IMG/VR virus record: IMGVR_UViG_3300028030_000038
Span: 1-34,440 of that record
Reading direction: 5' to 3' (one strand)
Length of the DNA stretch: 34,440 nt
DNA from: a virus
Lineage: Duplodnaviria; Caudoviricetes
How positions within the stretch are numbered: position 1 is the first letter of the stretch; each line of letters opens with the position of its first letter. Below, one piece after another: positions 1 to 8,161 of this stretch. Under the pieces are notes generated by a model that worked only from the letters and a program-made list of their open reading frames with translations, made no database searches and was not told where the DNA came from. The position numbers and the translations under genes were made by a program.

Positions 1-2
1 AT

Positions 3-185
3 GTTGTCGGTAAAGGCGATCTACGTTTTGTTGCCGATTCAATAGCGTATGACAAATGCAGTCAGTCAAAAGCTGAAAAAATATACGACAAGCTGCTTGA
101 TGTCGTAGCAGAGCTGCTTGCTAATAGTGGTTATAATAGGAAAAAGCTGGAGAAGCTATCAGAAGAATGGAGTGGGTTTGTTTGA
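3..185 (+). CDS. 3' end of a DUF1367-like phage protein (truncated by window edge)
   Basis: Frame 3 is open from the edge: VVGKGDLRFVADSIAYDKCSQSKAEKIYDKLLDVV...WSGFV*. It resembles the DUF1367 C-terminus and precedes a DUF1364 gene, a common nin-region pairing. Confidence 0.55.
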   Translation, partial: VVGKGDLRFVADSIAYDKCSQSKAEKIYDKLLDVVAELLANSGYNRKKLEKLSEEWSGFV

Positions 186-325
186 TGAGCATTCAAACAG
201 TTTTAGCAAAAAATATGCTAAAAAACAAAGAAGCTATTGCACGGCACAAGTCCCAACTTAAAAAAATGCGAGACGAGGAAAAAAATGGCAAAACAAACAA
301 AAATAACAGCAGCAGCAAAAGGTAA
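185..325 (+). CDS. small hypothetical protein (46 aa)
   Basis: ATG overlaps the upstream stop (TGATG); MSIQTVLAKNMLKNKEAIARHKSQLKKMRDEEK...; fills the gap before the next gene. Confidence 0.5.
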   Translation: MSIQTVLAKNMLKNKEAIARHKSQLKKMRDEEKNGKTNKNNSSSKR

Positions 326-584
326 GAATTGCACCGTCAGAATAACAGGTGTTTGTAACCATAATCCTGAGACAACAGTTTTTGCACATCTTAATGGTGC
401 CGGCATGGGTATAAAGCATAATGATATTCATGGCTGTTTTGCTTGTTCAGATTGCCATGCCTGGTTAGACGGCGGATATGTTAAAGTTCCCAATATGCAA
501 AGAGACAAGAGAGATTTAATTCACCTGCAAGCGATGGTTGAAACACAATTAATTTTGGTTAAAGAAGGGTTAATTAAAACGTGA
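285..584 (+). CDS. DUF1364/YbcO-like zinc-binding nuclease-fold protein
   Basis: AKGKNCTVRITGVCNHNPETTVFAH...GMGIK...GCFACSDCHAWLDG signature; ATG at 285 follows a GAGG RBS. Confidence 0.85.
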   Translation: MAKQTKITAAAKGKNCTVRITGVCNHNPETTVFAHLNGAGMGIKHNDIHGCFACSDCHAWLDGGYVKVPNMQRDKRDLIHLQAMVETQLILVKEGLIKT

Positions 585-922
585 AACACCGTAGAGCTGC
601 AAAGGTTGACGACAACCAGCAGGGCATCGTTGATGATCTTAGAAAGCTAGGCTACAGCGTAGAAACGGGACATGACGATATTTTGGTAGGAATTAACGGA
701 CGCACCTACTGGGTTGAACTAAAAGACCCTGCCAAAACTTTAAAAAAGGATGGCAGTTTGAAATCAGGTGCGCTTAAAGATAGCCAGAAAAAATTGATTA
801 AAGAATGGAAAGGCAACTATTTTATAGCTTTTTCGACAGAAGATATTATTCAAGCTATTCGTGAGGATAGTTTTACTGAGTTGATCAAGCTTTTTGCGTA
901 TGATAGAATACAAAAAGAGTAG
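581..922 (+). CDS. PD-(D/E)xK nuclease (VRR-NUC/resolvase-like)
   Basis: RRAAKVDDNQ..IVDDLRKLG...DILVG...WVELK...Q...W motif pattern; GTGA overlap with the upstream stop. Confidence 0.75.
   Translation: MKHRRAAKVDDNQQGIVDDLRKLGYSVETGHDDILVGINGRTYWVELKDPAKTLKKDGSLKSGALKDSQKKLIKEWKGNYFIAFSTEDIIQAIREDSFTELIKLFAYDRIQKE
881..909 (+). promoter_or_regulatory. sigma70-type promoter (pR'-like position)
   Basis: TTGATC (881-886), 17-bp spacer, TAGAAT (904-909), with an extended -10 TG at 901-902. Confidence 0.6.
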
Positions 923-981
923 GAGTCATCACCCACTCAACTAAAGTTAAACTTGTTTGAAATGGCAAGAACTTTCTAGGC

Positions 982-1029
982 ATGAAGCCTGCAAATGATT
1001 CATCTTTCGAGATGGCTCTTGTAGCGTAG
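982..1029 (+). CDS. 15-aa peptide resembling an ssrA degradation tag
   Basis: MKPANDSSFEMALVA*; compare the tmRNA tag (A)ANDENYALAA. No clear RBS. Confidence 0.35.
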   Translation: MKPANDSSFEMALVA

Positions 1030-1071
1030 CTTCAAGAAGGTAGCACTACCTTCTTACCCAATGTGCAAACT

Positions 1072-1107
1072 AAGCCTGTCAAGCTTAAGTAACTTGATGG
1101 GCTTTTT
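1072..1107 (+). terminator. intrinsic terminator
   Basis: AAGCCTGTCAAG / CTTGATGGGCTT 12-bp stem (2 G-U pairs) followed by a T-run. Confidence 0.7.
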
Positions 1108-1132
1108 AGTGGGTTTTTGATATACTCATTCA

Positions 1133-2407
1133 ATGTGTGAAAAATACTTACTAAGATCAAATCAAACACTATCCAACAAACACATCAATGACGTTACTAC
1201 TGGCGCATCACAAGATGCAATCAAAGCGATTGGATCAAACATCACAATATCAGACGTGCATTGTGTTGATATGATAGGGCGTACTGAAGCTCATTGTGAC
1301 TTTATTCAACTAATCCCATCAAATAATTACCTGCGCTATTTTGGAGAGATAGCAGAAAATATAAAAATAACAGACTGCTCGCTTGATAGTGATGGCTCAA
1401 TGCAAGGAATATTCTCCAGCGATGGGGCTCTGAGAAACCCCACAATTAAAGACTTCACCGTTACAACTCAATCAGAGCATGACGTTAGCCTTTGCGGTGT
1501 TCTGGATAACTGCACTATTCTTGATGTTACTGATATTTTCGGCAACCCTGCACGGGTTATGCTAGACAATCTTAGAATTGGCGGCGGGGCGAAAGGAAAT
1601 TTTTACGTTTCTTCATTTAAGCCGGGAACTTATGAATACGGTGTAGTAGAGACTTGCCAGGCAATAGATGACAGGCGCGGTAAGAAATGGCGTGATGCTG
1701 AGTATGTGGATAATTTTGATTTGGACTTGTGGTATAATATTGCAAAATCAATTAAATATGATTCAGTAGAAAGGCATTTAGACGCTTGCGATGCAGAATA
1801 TCACAAACAAACAAGTGTTAAATTGAGAGATTACAAACTATCAGACCAAGGTCTTAATGACCTACTACATGAGGAAGGCTATAGAGACACAATGTATCAG
1901 GATACAAAAGGACTTGATACTATTGGTGTTGGTCACTTAATCACGCCAGAAGAACATGCAACGGGGGTCATTCGTTTATCAACTGGTGAAAAGTTAGGCA
2001 TTCATACCAAGTGGACAAAAAAACAGGTAATGCAATTATTGCGTGACGATCTTTACCGCTTCAGAAAATCTGTAAACAAGCTAAAAAATAATATAAATCA
2101 AGGACAATTCGATGCCCTTTTAAGCTTCGCTTTTAATATTGGCGTAAGTGGGTTTGAACGATCTACAGCATTTAGGAGAGTATCACAAAAACGGCATGAT
2201 AAAGTTCCAGACGCTATGATGCTATGGAAAAAACCTGTTTCTATAATAAATCGCAGGAAAAGAGAGGCTATGCGGTATAGAATGGCAACTCAAGGAAACA
2301 GAATAAAAAACGCTCACTTCGAACCAAAGCATAAAAAAGCCATTCTTGCTGGTAATAAATTATCATTTGCCGAACTTAAAACAGCACTGGAGATACTAAA
2401 CTCGTGA
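1133..2407 (+). CDS. endolysin: N-terminal beta-helix-like domain fused to a GH24 (T4-type) lysozyme
   Basis: C-half has EEGYRDTMYQDTKGLDTIGVGH (E-X8-D-X5-T triad), NQGQFDALLSFAFNIG and RRKRE. N-half has HCDFIQ and repeated I.I.D strands typical of parallel beta-helices. Confidence 0.85.
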   Translation: MCEKYLLRSNQTLSNKHINDVTTGASQDAIKAIGSNITISDVHCVDMIGRTEAHCDFIQLIPSNNYLRYFGEIAENIKITDCSLDSDGSMQGIFSSDGALRNPTIKDFTVTTQSEHDVSLCGVLDNCTILDVTDIFGNPARVMLDNLRIGGGAKGNFYVSSFKPGTYEYGVVETCQAIDDRRGKKWRDAEYVDNFDLDLWYNIAKSIKYDSVERHLDACDAEYHKQTSVKLRDYKLSDQGLNDLLHEEGYRDTMYQDTKGLDTIGVGHLITPEEHATGVIRLSTGEKLGIHTKWTKKQVMQLLRDDLYRFRKSVNKLKNNINQGQFDALLSFAFNIGVSGFERSTAFRRVSQKRHDKVPDAMMLWKKPVSIINRRKREAMRYRMATQGNRIKNAHFEPKHKKAILAGNKLSFAELKTALEILNS

Positions 2408-2526
2408 GACACACAGAAGCAGAAATGCAAGCATACAAGCAGCTATATAACGAGCTTCTAACAGAATTGAGTGGCTATGCCTCACCTCACCATATCGCTG
2501 TTATAGCAGGGTATTTGATGCGATGA
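2404..2526 (+). CDS. small hypothetical protein (40 aa)
   Basis: GTGA and ATGA overlaps couple it to both neighbours; MRHTEAEMQAYKQLYNELLTELSGYASPHHIAVIAGYLMR*. Confidence 0.55.
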   Translation: MRHTEAEMQAYKQLYNELLTELSGYASPHHIAVIAGYLMR

Positions 2527-2990
2527 ACACTCTTATTAATAAAATCATTACGGTTATCATTTTAATACTCGTACTCTGGTATTTAAAAACATGGCTATTT
2601 CCAGAAAAAAAAGACGTTCAGCCAGTACTTAACGATTCAAAGACATTACTCAAAGATACAAAAGGAAAAGAAGATGAAAAACTGGACAAAAATATGGATG
2701 ATGGCTTTATTGTTCATAAGCTTGACAGCTTGCAGCCAGACGGACAACAAGCAGACTCAAACGCTGGAGAACCAGCAGAAGGTACTCCAGAGCTTCAATA
2801 CCCGCCTGGCGGATACGAAGCAGGGAGTGGCAGCGAATCAGAAAGCAATCAAGCGGTGCCAGGCGAATATCCGTCAATTATCGAAGAATCAGGAAAAGAT
2901 AATTGCTCGCTTGAAAAATTGAGATTGTTAGAAATCGCATACCCTGATACAGACTTTGTTTGTGAAACAGACGATTTTGGCACTGAATAG
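2523..2990 (+). CDS. putative inner-membrane spanin (Rz-like)
   Basis: Single N-terminal TM helix (IITVIILILVLWYL), located after the endolysin, with an embedded lipoprotein gene. Confidence 0.65.
   Translation: MNTLINKIITVIILILVLWYLKTWLFPEKKDVQPVLNDSKTLLKDTKGKEDEKLDKNMDDGFIVHKLDSLQPDGQQADSNAGEPAEGTPELQYPPGGYEAGSGSESESNQAVPGEYPSIIEESGKDNCSLEKLRLLEIAYPDTDFVCETDDFGTE
2674..2922 (+). CDS. putative outer-membrane spanin lipoprotein (Rz1-like), nested in the +1 frame
   Basis: Signal peptide with lipobox LTA-C followed by S-Q; AAGGA RBS; heptad-rich mature part. Confidence 0.7.
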   Translation: MKNWTKIWMMALLFISLTACSQTDNKQTQTLENQQKVLQSFNTRLADTKQGVAANQKAIKRCQANIRQLSKNQEKIIARLKN

Positions 2991-3230
2991 CCATGTTAGC
3001 CTATGTTTTAAGAGCTTATGTTTAACGGGACCAATCTAAAAACAAAGAGGATGAATAACCGAGACAACGGCTCGGAAACCAAATAAAGGAGGTTTGCCAG
3101 CCACCCACTTTGGTATTAGTATATCACCCGTTCCATTTCTTTGACCAAAAATATGAGGTAGTGAAGCTCAAGCATTGAGTCCTTGCTTAATCTTGCAGCT
3201 TAACACCTGCTTAACCACCAAAGCAATTTC

Positions 3231-3239
3231 TGATATAAT
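3231..3239 (+). promoter_or_regulatory. extended -10 promoter element
   Basis: TGATATAAT (TGn-TATAAT) ends 22 bp upstream of ATG 3262. Confidence 0.4.
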
Positions 3240-3261
3240 CATTTTATTTCGGGCTGAAACA

Positions 3262-3540
3262 ATGAAAGATTTAATAAAAGCCAGAATATTCGGGGTATTT
3301 TCTATTATTCTGGTAATTGTATTCTCGCTATACACGGGAAACGAACAGCGCAAGATTAAGCGCATCACAGACGGGCAATCTCAAGGAATCGCCATGCTAA
3401 AAAAAATAATAAATGACAAAAAGAAAGGGCGTAGAAAAAACCCATTCAGATGCTCAGACGCAAAATATTACTTCTCACAACTAAATATTGACGTTGATTG
3501 TGCGCGCATAGAGGCAGAAGTAAATGGAAAACTTAAATAA
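3262..3540 (+). CDS. single-TM membrane protein
   Basis: MKDLIKARIFGVFSIILVIVFSLY TM segment; basic C-domain with two Cys. Confidence 0.65.
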   Translation: MKDLIKARIFGVFSIILVIVFSLYTGNEQRKIKRITDGQSQGIAMLKKIINDKKKGRRKNPFRCSDAKYYFSQLNIDVDCARIEAEVNGKLK

Positions 3541-3865
3541 GATGGAAATAATAAGCTTCTTTATTTCTCACCCTATACTGTGGGCTAAGATTATCGGTGC
3601 AAGTGTGGGCTCCAGTATAGCTGTCGTGTTTCAGCCGAACGGTGATAATAACAGGCGGTTGCTTGCTAGATTTATTATCGGCGCTGTGCTGGGCATAATA
3701 TTCTCCCCTCTTTTGCTTGACACGCTTAAAATGCCCCATACCTGGGATTATTGGCTGGCAGCAAGTTCTTTCATCGGCGCTGTGGGGGTGCTGGTCTTAC
3801 AAGTCATATTTAGCCGGAAAATTCACCAGGCGCTAGAAGAAAACGTGGCGGATAAACTAAAATGA
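3524..3865 (+). CDS. holin-like protein (3 TM)
   Basis: Three hydrophobic segments, charged C-tail, lysis-region context. Confidence 0.6.
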   Translation: MENLNKMEIISFFISHPILWAKIIGASVGSSIAVVFQPNGDNNRRLLARFIIGAVLGIIFSPLLLDTLKMPHTWDYWLAASSFIGAVGVLVLQVIFSRKIHQALEENVADKLK

Positions 3866-4071
3866 CAGCAGAAGAATTTAAAAAAAAGGTAACGAGTAAA
3901 AAGTTTTTTGCTTTTTTACTTGTGTTATTAAGCAGCAGCGTCCTGGTGTGGTTTGAGAAGATTAACACAGGATCGTATCAGGCTATTATTATGATGGTAA
4001 CACCGCTTTATTTTGCTTCTGATGTTGGGGCAGAATGGGTGAAAAAAGACAATCAAGAGGAAAAAACATGA
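3862..4071 (+). CDS. holin-like protein (2 TM)
   Basis: KVTSKKFFAFLLVLL...; two TM segments and a charged C-terminus; ATGA coupling. Confidence 0.55.
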   Translation: MTAEEFKKKVTSKKFFAFLLVLLSSSVLVWFEKINTGSYQAIIMMVTPLYFASDVGAEWVKKDNQEEKT

Positions 4072-4376
4072 GAAACCTATTACTAATATTCTTACTATCA
4101 ATATCAATCACTGCATTTACACTTGAAACAGCAACTAAAGACTGGGTATTAGTTGCGAATAAAGGTGAATATCGGGTTATAACGCCCACTGATAATGGTG
4201 ACTATTATACAACCATGAGTGCTGGTATTCCCCAAATAAGATGTATTGATGGAAATTCAACAAAAAAAGATAACCCGGCAATATTCCTACCAGCCATCGA
4301 GGATGTTTATTTCTGTCAATGGGTTGGTTCTGGTGGAAAATACACAATCACAGGGCAAGGAATTCAAGCGCAATGA
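4068..4376 (+). CDS. secreted hypothetical protein
   Basis: MRNLLLIFLLSISITA-F Sec-type signal peptide; GAGG RBS; two Cys in the mature part. Confidence 0.7.
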   Translation: MRNLLLIFLLSISITAFTLETATKDWVLVANKGEYRVITPTDNGDYYTTMSAGIPQIRCIDGNSTKKDNPAIFLPAIEDVYFCQWVGSGGKYTITGQGIQAQ

Positions 4377-6877
4377 AAAAGCTAATTTTATTAAGTTTAT
4401 TTTTATCTTCATTAGTTTATGCAGATAATTTCAGCCCTAGCGGCGGTGGTGGTGGTGGCACAACTGACACAGTAGCAAGATCAACAGCTACAACAGCCAA
4501 AAACACAGCCGACACGACAAAAACAGAGCTTGATACGCATAAAGCGGATAATACGGTTCATGTGACTTCAGCGGAAAAAGCAAAGTTTCACGACAAAGTA
4601 AAGCTTGACCCAACAAGCAACCCTGCCCTAACGATTACAAGCCCGCAAACATTAAAACTAACACTGCCCAACGCGGCGACCATTGATAGCTCGTTAAGCA
4701 CAACAAGCACCAATGCGCTTGAGAATAAAGCGATTAAAACGGCGCTTGATGCCAAGCAAAATAAAGCCGATATTGTTACAACAATTCGGGATTTAGCTAC
4801 TGCAACCGACACTAATTACACGTCTGAAAAATCAGTGCGCACCGAGCTTGACAACATCAAGAACATTATCCCAGTTTCAACCGTAGCAGAAATGACCAAA
4901 AACAATCAGTGGTACGAGCTTACCGCTGATGATTTACCCGCAGAAAAGGGGACGTACTGGACAGATAGCGCGGGAACTCCCAGTGCGATTATTACTGATA
5001 ATAAAATCACTGGTGAAATGCTATCGCCATTCTCGAATACGTTTGCTGGATTGCCCGCTATTCCAGCAGGAACGGGAAAATACAGCACCATATTACTGCA
5101 AGACGATGTTGGCACAGGCACAGCGCAAGCACCGCAGTATCCAGAAGGCATTTATTTATCCAGTGGTGGTAATTGGGTATTTTCTGGTAAGTCTCTCGAT
5201 ACCTCTATTGCCACACTAACCGACCAGCAAATTCAGGACAAAACCGACACGACATCTGGTGTTATTGTTGGCGGTAAGATGATGTTTGACTGGCATCAAT
5301 CAACAAAAGCAGCGGTCGGTGATATTGTTGCGGGTACGGATGCAACAGTAAAGGGTCACACATCAGAGCAACTAAACAAAGAAATAGTCACTTTAATACG
5401 GCAAACATCCTTACCGTTTTGGGATCAAAACTACGCCGCTTACGGTGATTTATCAGTAACCGTTGGCAATCTAAGCTCAAAATATGTGATTGGCTCAAAT
5501 GGTGTGGTCTACGTTGCACAAATAGATCAAGTCCCCGCTGGAACAGACCCAACAACTGACAACGGCTCTAACTGGAAGCCGCTCAATACCAGCAATAGCC
5601 ATACACTGCTGTACAACAGCACAATGACGGTTGACATTAAACAGATCGGGCTAAAAAAAGAACAGCGCGCATTCCTATACCCGTTCGATGGTCAAAAAGC
5701 AGGCTATAAAATCAAGCCCAATAATACCTTTGGCAAAACCACCGTTGTTAATGGCACACTCGCCACACCAGACGGTACAGGCAGTATTGCCATACCAGCT
5801 AGTGACTACTCATACATCTGGCAAAACTTTGAAGATCCTGATGCGACCAGCGGAACAACCTACGTGGTCACCGCATCCAGCGGCGCAAAAGAAAAATCAA
5901 TAACAGTAAATTACCCCACATTGCAGGCAACGCTTGATTCAACACTAGACGATGGCAATACAGTAAGAAGCTTTATATCAACCCCGCTTACCGTCGGCGT
6001 GGCTCACAATAGCCTGGAAACTCGTATACTAACCGATATGACGCTTGCAGATGTTAAAACAGCGCTGGGATCGACAGCACAGATTGAACTTAGGAACATT
6101 GACGGCATCTCATCACAAGACCCTGCAACGATACCAGCGGGTATTTATTTAATAATGAATCAATCGACCACGGCGCAAAGCTGGTTGTTCGATCAAAAAT
6201 ACGCAGGTGGGGAAAAAACCGTTTTAGGTGTTGTTCATAAAGTCGCTGAAAAAATCCTTAATTGGGATATAGGTGGTGGCAATACAACTTACACACTTTC
6301 TAAAAGTGAATTTGATATTTCTGCTTGTTCTTCGATTAAATTCTTAATTAGAGATGTTGACAACCCCTCTAGGAGGTGGGCATTACACGAGTTACATCTA
6401 CTAAGTAGTACTAATGATTTCTTATTTGATACATACAACACAGGATATATAGCTGGCACAGTATCAAAAACCAATAACTCAATAGTAGCAGCAGAACACA
6501 ATAGAAATATTATTTTAGAAAAAATATGGTGCTACGCCGAAACAACCGTTTCATCCGATCACATCGTCTACTCATTATTAGAGAAAGATACGGGTGATAA
6601 ATGGGTAGATGGCAAAAAGATTTACCGCCGATCATTTACAGATACTATTTCTAACGGTGGCACTGTGCTTGACATTAATATAGGTTTTTATGAGGTTATA
6701 AAATCAGACGTTATGATAAAAGCCGCTAACGGCACACAAATACCCGCACTCTACAAAGACGATAGCGCAACTGATAGGGCTTATTACTGGACAAGTGGCG
6801 GTCATGTTTACCTGAAGAATTTCTGGGCGGGCGGTGGCGCGACCAATTTAATTGCAACGTTTGAGTACACAAAATAA
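4373..6877 (+). CDS. large signal-peptide-bearing, tail-fibre/adhesin-like protein
   Basis: Start at ATG 4373 (AAGGA RBS, ATGA overlap); MKKLILLSLFLSSLVYA-D signal peptide. Fibre-type motifs: HKADNTVHVTSAEK, IDSSLSTTSTNALENKAI, a CBM5/12-like GSNGVVYVA...GTDPTTDNGSNW, and C-terminal YSLLEKDTGDKWVDGKKIYRR. Confidence 0.7.
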   Translation: MKKLILLSLFLSSLVYADNFSPSGGGGGGTTDTVARSTATTAKNTADTTKTELDTHKADNTVHVTSAEKAKFHDKVKLDPTSNPALTITSPQTLKLTLPNAATIDSSLSTTSTNALENKAIKTALDAKQNKADIVTTIRDLATATDTNYTSEKSVRTELDNIKNIIPVSTVAEMTKNNQWYELTADDLPAEKGTYWTDSAGTPSAIITDNKITGEMLSPFSNTFAGLPAIPAGTGKYSTILLQDDVGTGTAQAPQYPEGIYLSSGGNWVFSGKSLDTSIATLTDQQIQDKTDTTSGVIVGGKMMFDWHQSTKAAVGDIVAGTDATVKGHTSEQLNKEIVTLIRQTSLPFWDQNYAAYGDLSVTVGNLSSKYVIGSNGVVYVAQIDQVPAGTDPTTDNGSNWKPLNTSNSHTLLYNSTMTVDIKQIGLKKEQRAFLYPFDGQKAGYKIKPNNTFGKTTVVNGTLATPDGTGSIAIPASDYSYIWQNFEDPDATSGTTYVVTASSGAKEKSITVNYPTLQATLDSTLDDGNTVRSFISTPLTVGVAHNSLETRILTDMTLADVKTALGSTAQIELRNIDGISSQDPATIPAGIYLIMNQSTTAQSWLFDQKYAGGEKTVLGVVHKVAEKILNWDIGGGNTTYTLSKSEFDISACSSIKFLIRDVDNPSRRWALHELHLLSSTNDFLFDTYNTGYIAGTVSKTNNSIVAAEHNRNIILEKIWCYAETTVSSDHIVYSLLEKDTGDKWVDGKKIYRRSFTDTISNGGTVLDINIGFYEVIKSDVMIKAANGTQIPALYKDDSATDRAYYWTSGGHVYLKNFWAGGGATNLIATFEYTK

Positions 6878-6894
6878 AAGGAAAGGAAGGCAAA

Positions 6895-7704
6895 TTGAAA
6901 AAACTAATAACACTTTTACTACTAATCACATCACCCTTATTGGCGGTGCAGTACGACACACTCACCTCGGCTTCAGGGGCTACATTTAGAAAGCCTAAAC
7001 CCGCACTCACTGAAACCAGCGCCTATAATTTGCTAAAATCAAATAACTGGCTGGCGATTAAGAATGAGGGAAATGTGAATGGTATGGCAATTCCTGATTC
7101 ACTATTAATCTACGGGCAGGCTATTTCCAATGCTAACAGGCAAGTGTCACAGTCAACGCTGACACAGATTAATGAAACCTTTAAAGGGCGGTACTTTAGC
7201 TCTTATTATTCGTCACTAAAAGGGATTCATATTGCGGGTGTAAATGTTAAATATGTGTATTTTTATTACACCCGGTTTGATCTTGACCTTGACCTGCCCA
7301 CAATAGAAGTGAACAGTAAGCTTGAGTACCTTTATATTCAGGGGCATAGCTCGTCTGCTTCGCTGGGTGCTTATGCCTTTGGCGCTAATTCGACCAATAA
7401 CATTACTGTTCCGCCTAGCTGGAAAGAATTGCGTATGCTAACCAGACTTTTAATGCAGTATCAGAAGCTAACGGCAGCACAACAGACAGACCTTGTGACA
7501 CAGCTTGAAGCGCTACAGGCACAGGGCTTTATGGCTGACAATGCAAGCTCGGCAAGGTATTTATATTTTAATGCGGGCGCAGCCAATAAAAACCTGCCCG
7601 TGGATAAAACAATCTACACGGGCAATGGTTGGACAGATTCGGGTAGCTATGTTAAAAAGACCGTTGGCGGTAAGGAATGGCGACTTTATATGAACTGGAT
7701 TTAA
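6895..7704 (+). CDS. secreted hypothetical protein with LRR-like segments
   Basis: TTG start with GGAAGG RBS; MKKLITLLLLITSPLLA signal peptide; KLEYLYIQG and VPPSWKELRMLTRLLMQYQKLT resemble leucine-rich repeats. Confidence 0.65.
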   Translation: MKKLITLLLLITSPLLAVQYDTLTSASGATFRKPKPALTETSAYNLLKSNNWLAIKNEGNVNGMAIPDSLLIYGQAISNANRQVSQSTLTQINETFKGRYFSSYYSSLKGIHIAGVNVKYVYFYYTRFDLDLDLPTIEVNSKLEYLYIQGHSSSASLGAYAFGANSTNNITVPPSWKELRMLTRLLMQYQKLTAAQQTDLVTQLEALQAQGFMADNASSARYLYFNAGAANKNLPVDKTIYTGNGWTDSGSYVKKTVGGKEWRLYMNWI

Positions 7705-7713
7705 AGATAAACA

Positions 7714-8118
7714 ATGAGAGAAGAAGAAAAGCCTATAATTTACAGGCATGACCGTGCGGAAAAAATTAAGTTATTATCTTATGCGTTCGGTATGGGAATG
7801 ACGGTAACCGATGCTTGTATTCATGCAGGGATTGGCCTGAGGACTTATTATGATTGGTGCGAAGATGACGAAAAGCTGGCGCATACTTTCGCTCAACAAA
7901 GAGAGAAGCAAGCGCTTAAAGCTCGCGCACTGATAGATAAGGCACTTGATGATGGCGATCTTAATACAGCTAAATGGTATTTAGAGCGCAAAAAGTCTGC
8001 TGAATTTAGTGTGACGGTCAATCAAGACGTAGATATGAAAGCTAAGGTTGTTACAGAGGTAAGGAAAACTGTAGTAAGCCCGAAAAAGCAAAAAAATAAA
8101 TCTGATAATAAACAGTAG
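7714..8118 (+). CDS. terminase small subunit
   Basis: HTH (GMTVTDACIHAGIGLRTYYDW), AKWYLERK motif, directly before the large subunit. Confidence 0.75.
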   Translation: MREEEKPIIYRHDRAEKIKLLSYAFGMGMTVTDACIHAGIGLRTYYDWCEDDEKLAHTFAQQREKQALKARALIDKALDDGDLNTAKWYLERKKSAEFSVTVNQDVDMKAKVVTEVRKTVVSPKKQKNKSDNKQ

Positions 8119-8161
8119 CTTAGTTACAGGTTGTCACCGTTGGGATAAAACCATAAATTAA

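Larger units (their letters stand above)
916..1107 (+). ncRNA. putative ~190-nt structured small RNA between promoter and terminator
   Basis: Bounded by the 881-909 promoter and 1072-1107 terminator; hairpins CATCT-TTCG-AGATG (1001-1014) and AAGAAGGTAG-CA-CTACCTTCTT (1034-1055). Confidence 0.45.

Noticed and set aside
916-1107. Complete tmRNA gene
   Set aside because: No GGGG 5' acceptor strand, T-arm or CCA end, and too short; only the tag-like frame is present.
2991-3230. Possible ncRNA in the gap after the spanins (CCGAG/CTCGG and CTCAA/TTGAG hairpins, three GCTTAA)
   Set aside because: Stems are only about 5 bp and repeat spacing is irregular; indistinguishable from chance by eye.
4319-4372. 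Upstream starts given by the ORF track (also 237, 3175, 4035, 11862, 14021, 18373, 18834)
   Set aside because: Downstream ATGs have better RBS, stop/start coupling or signal peptides.
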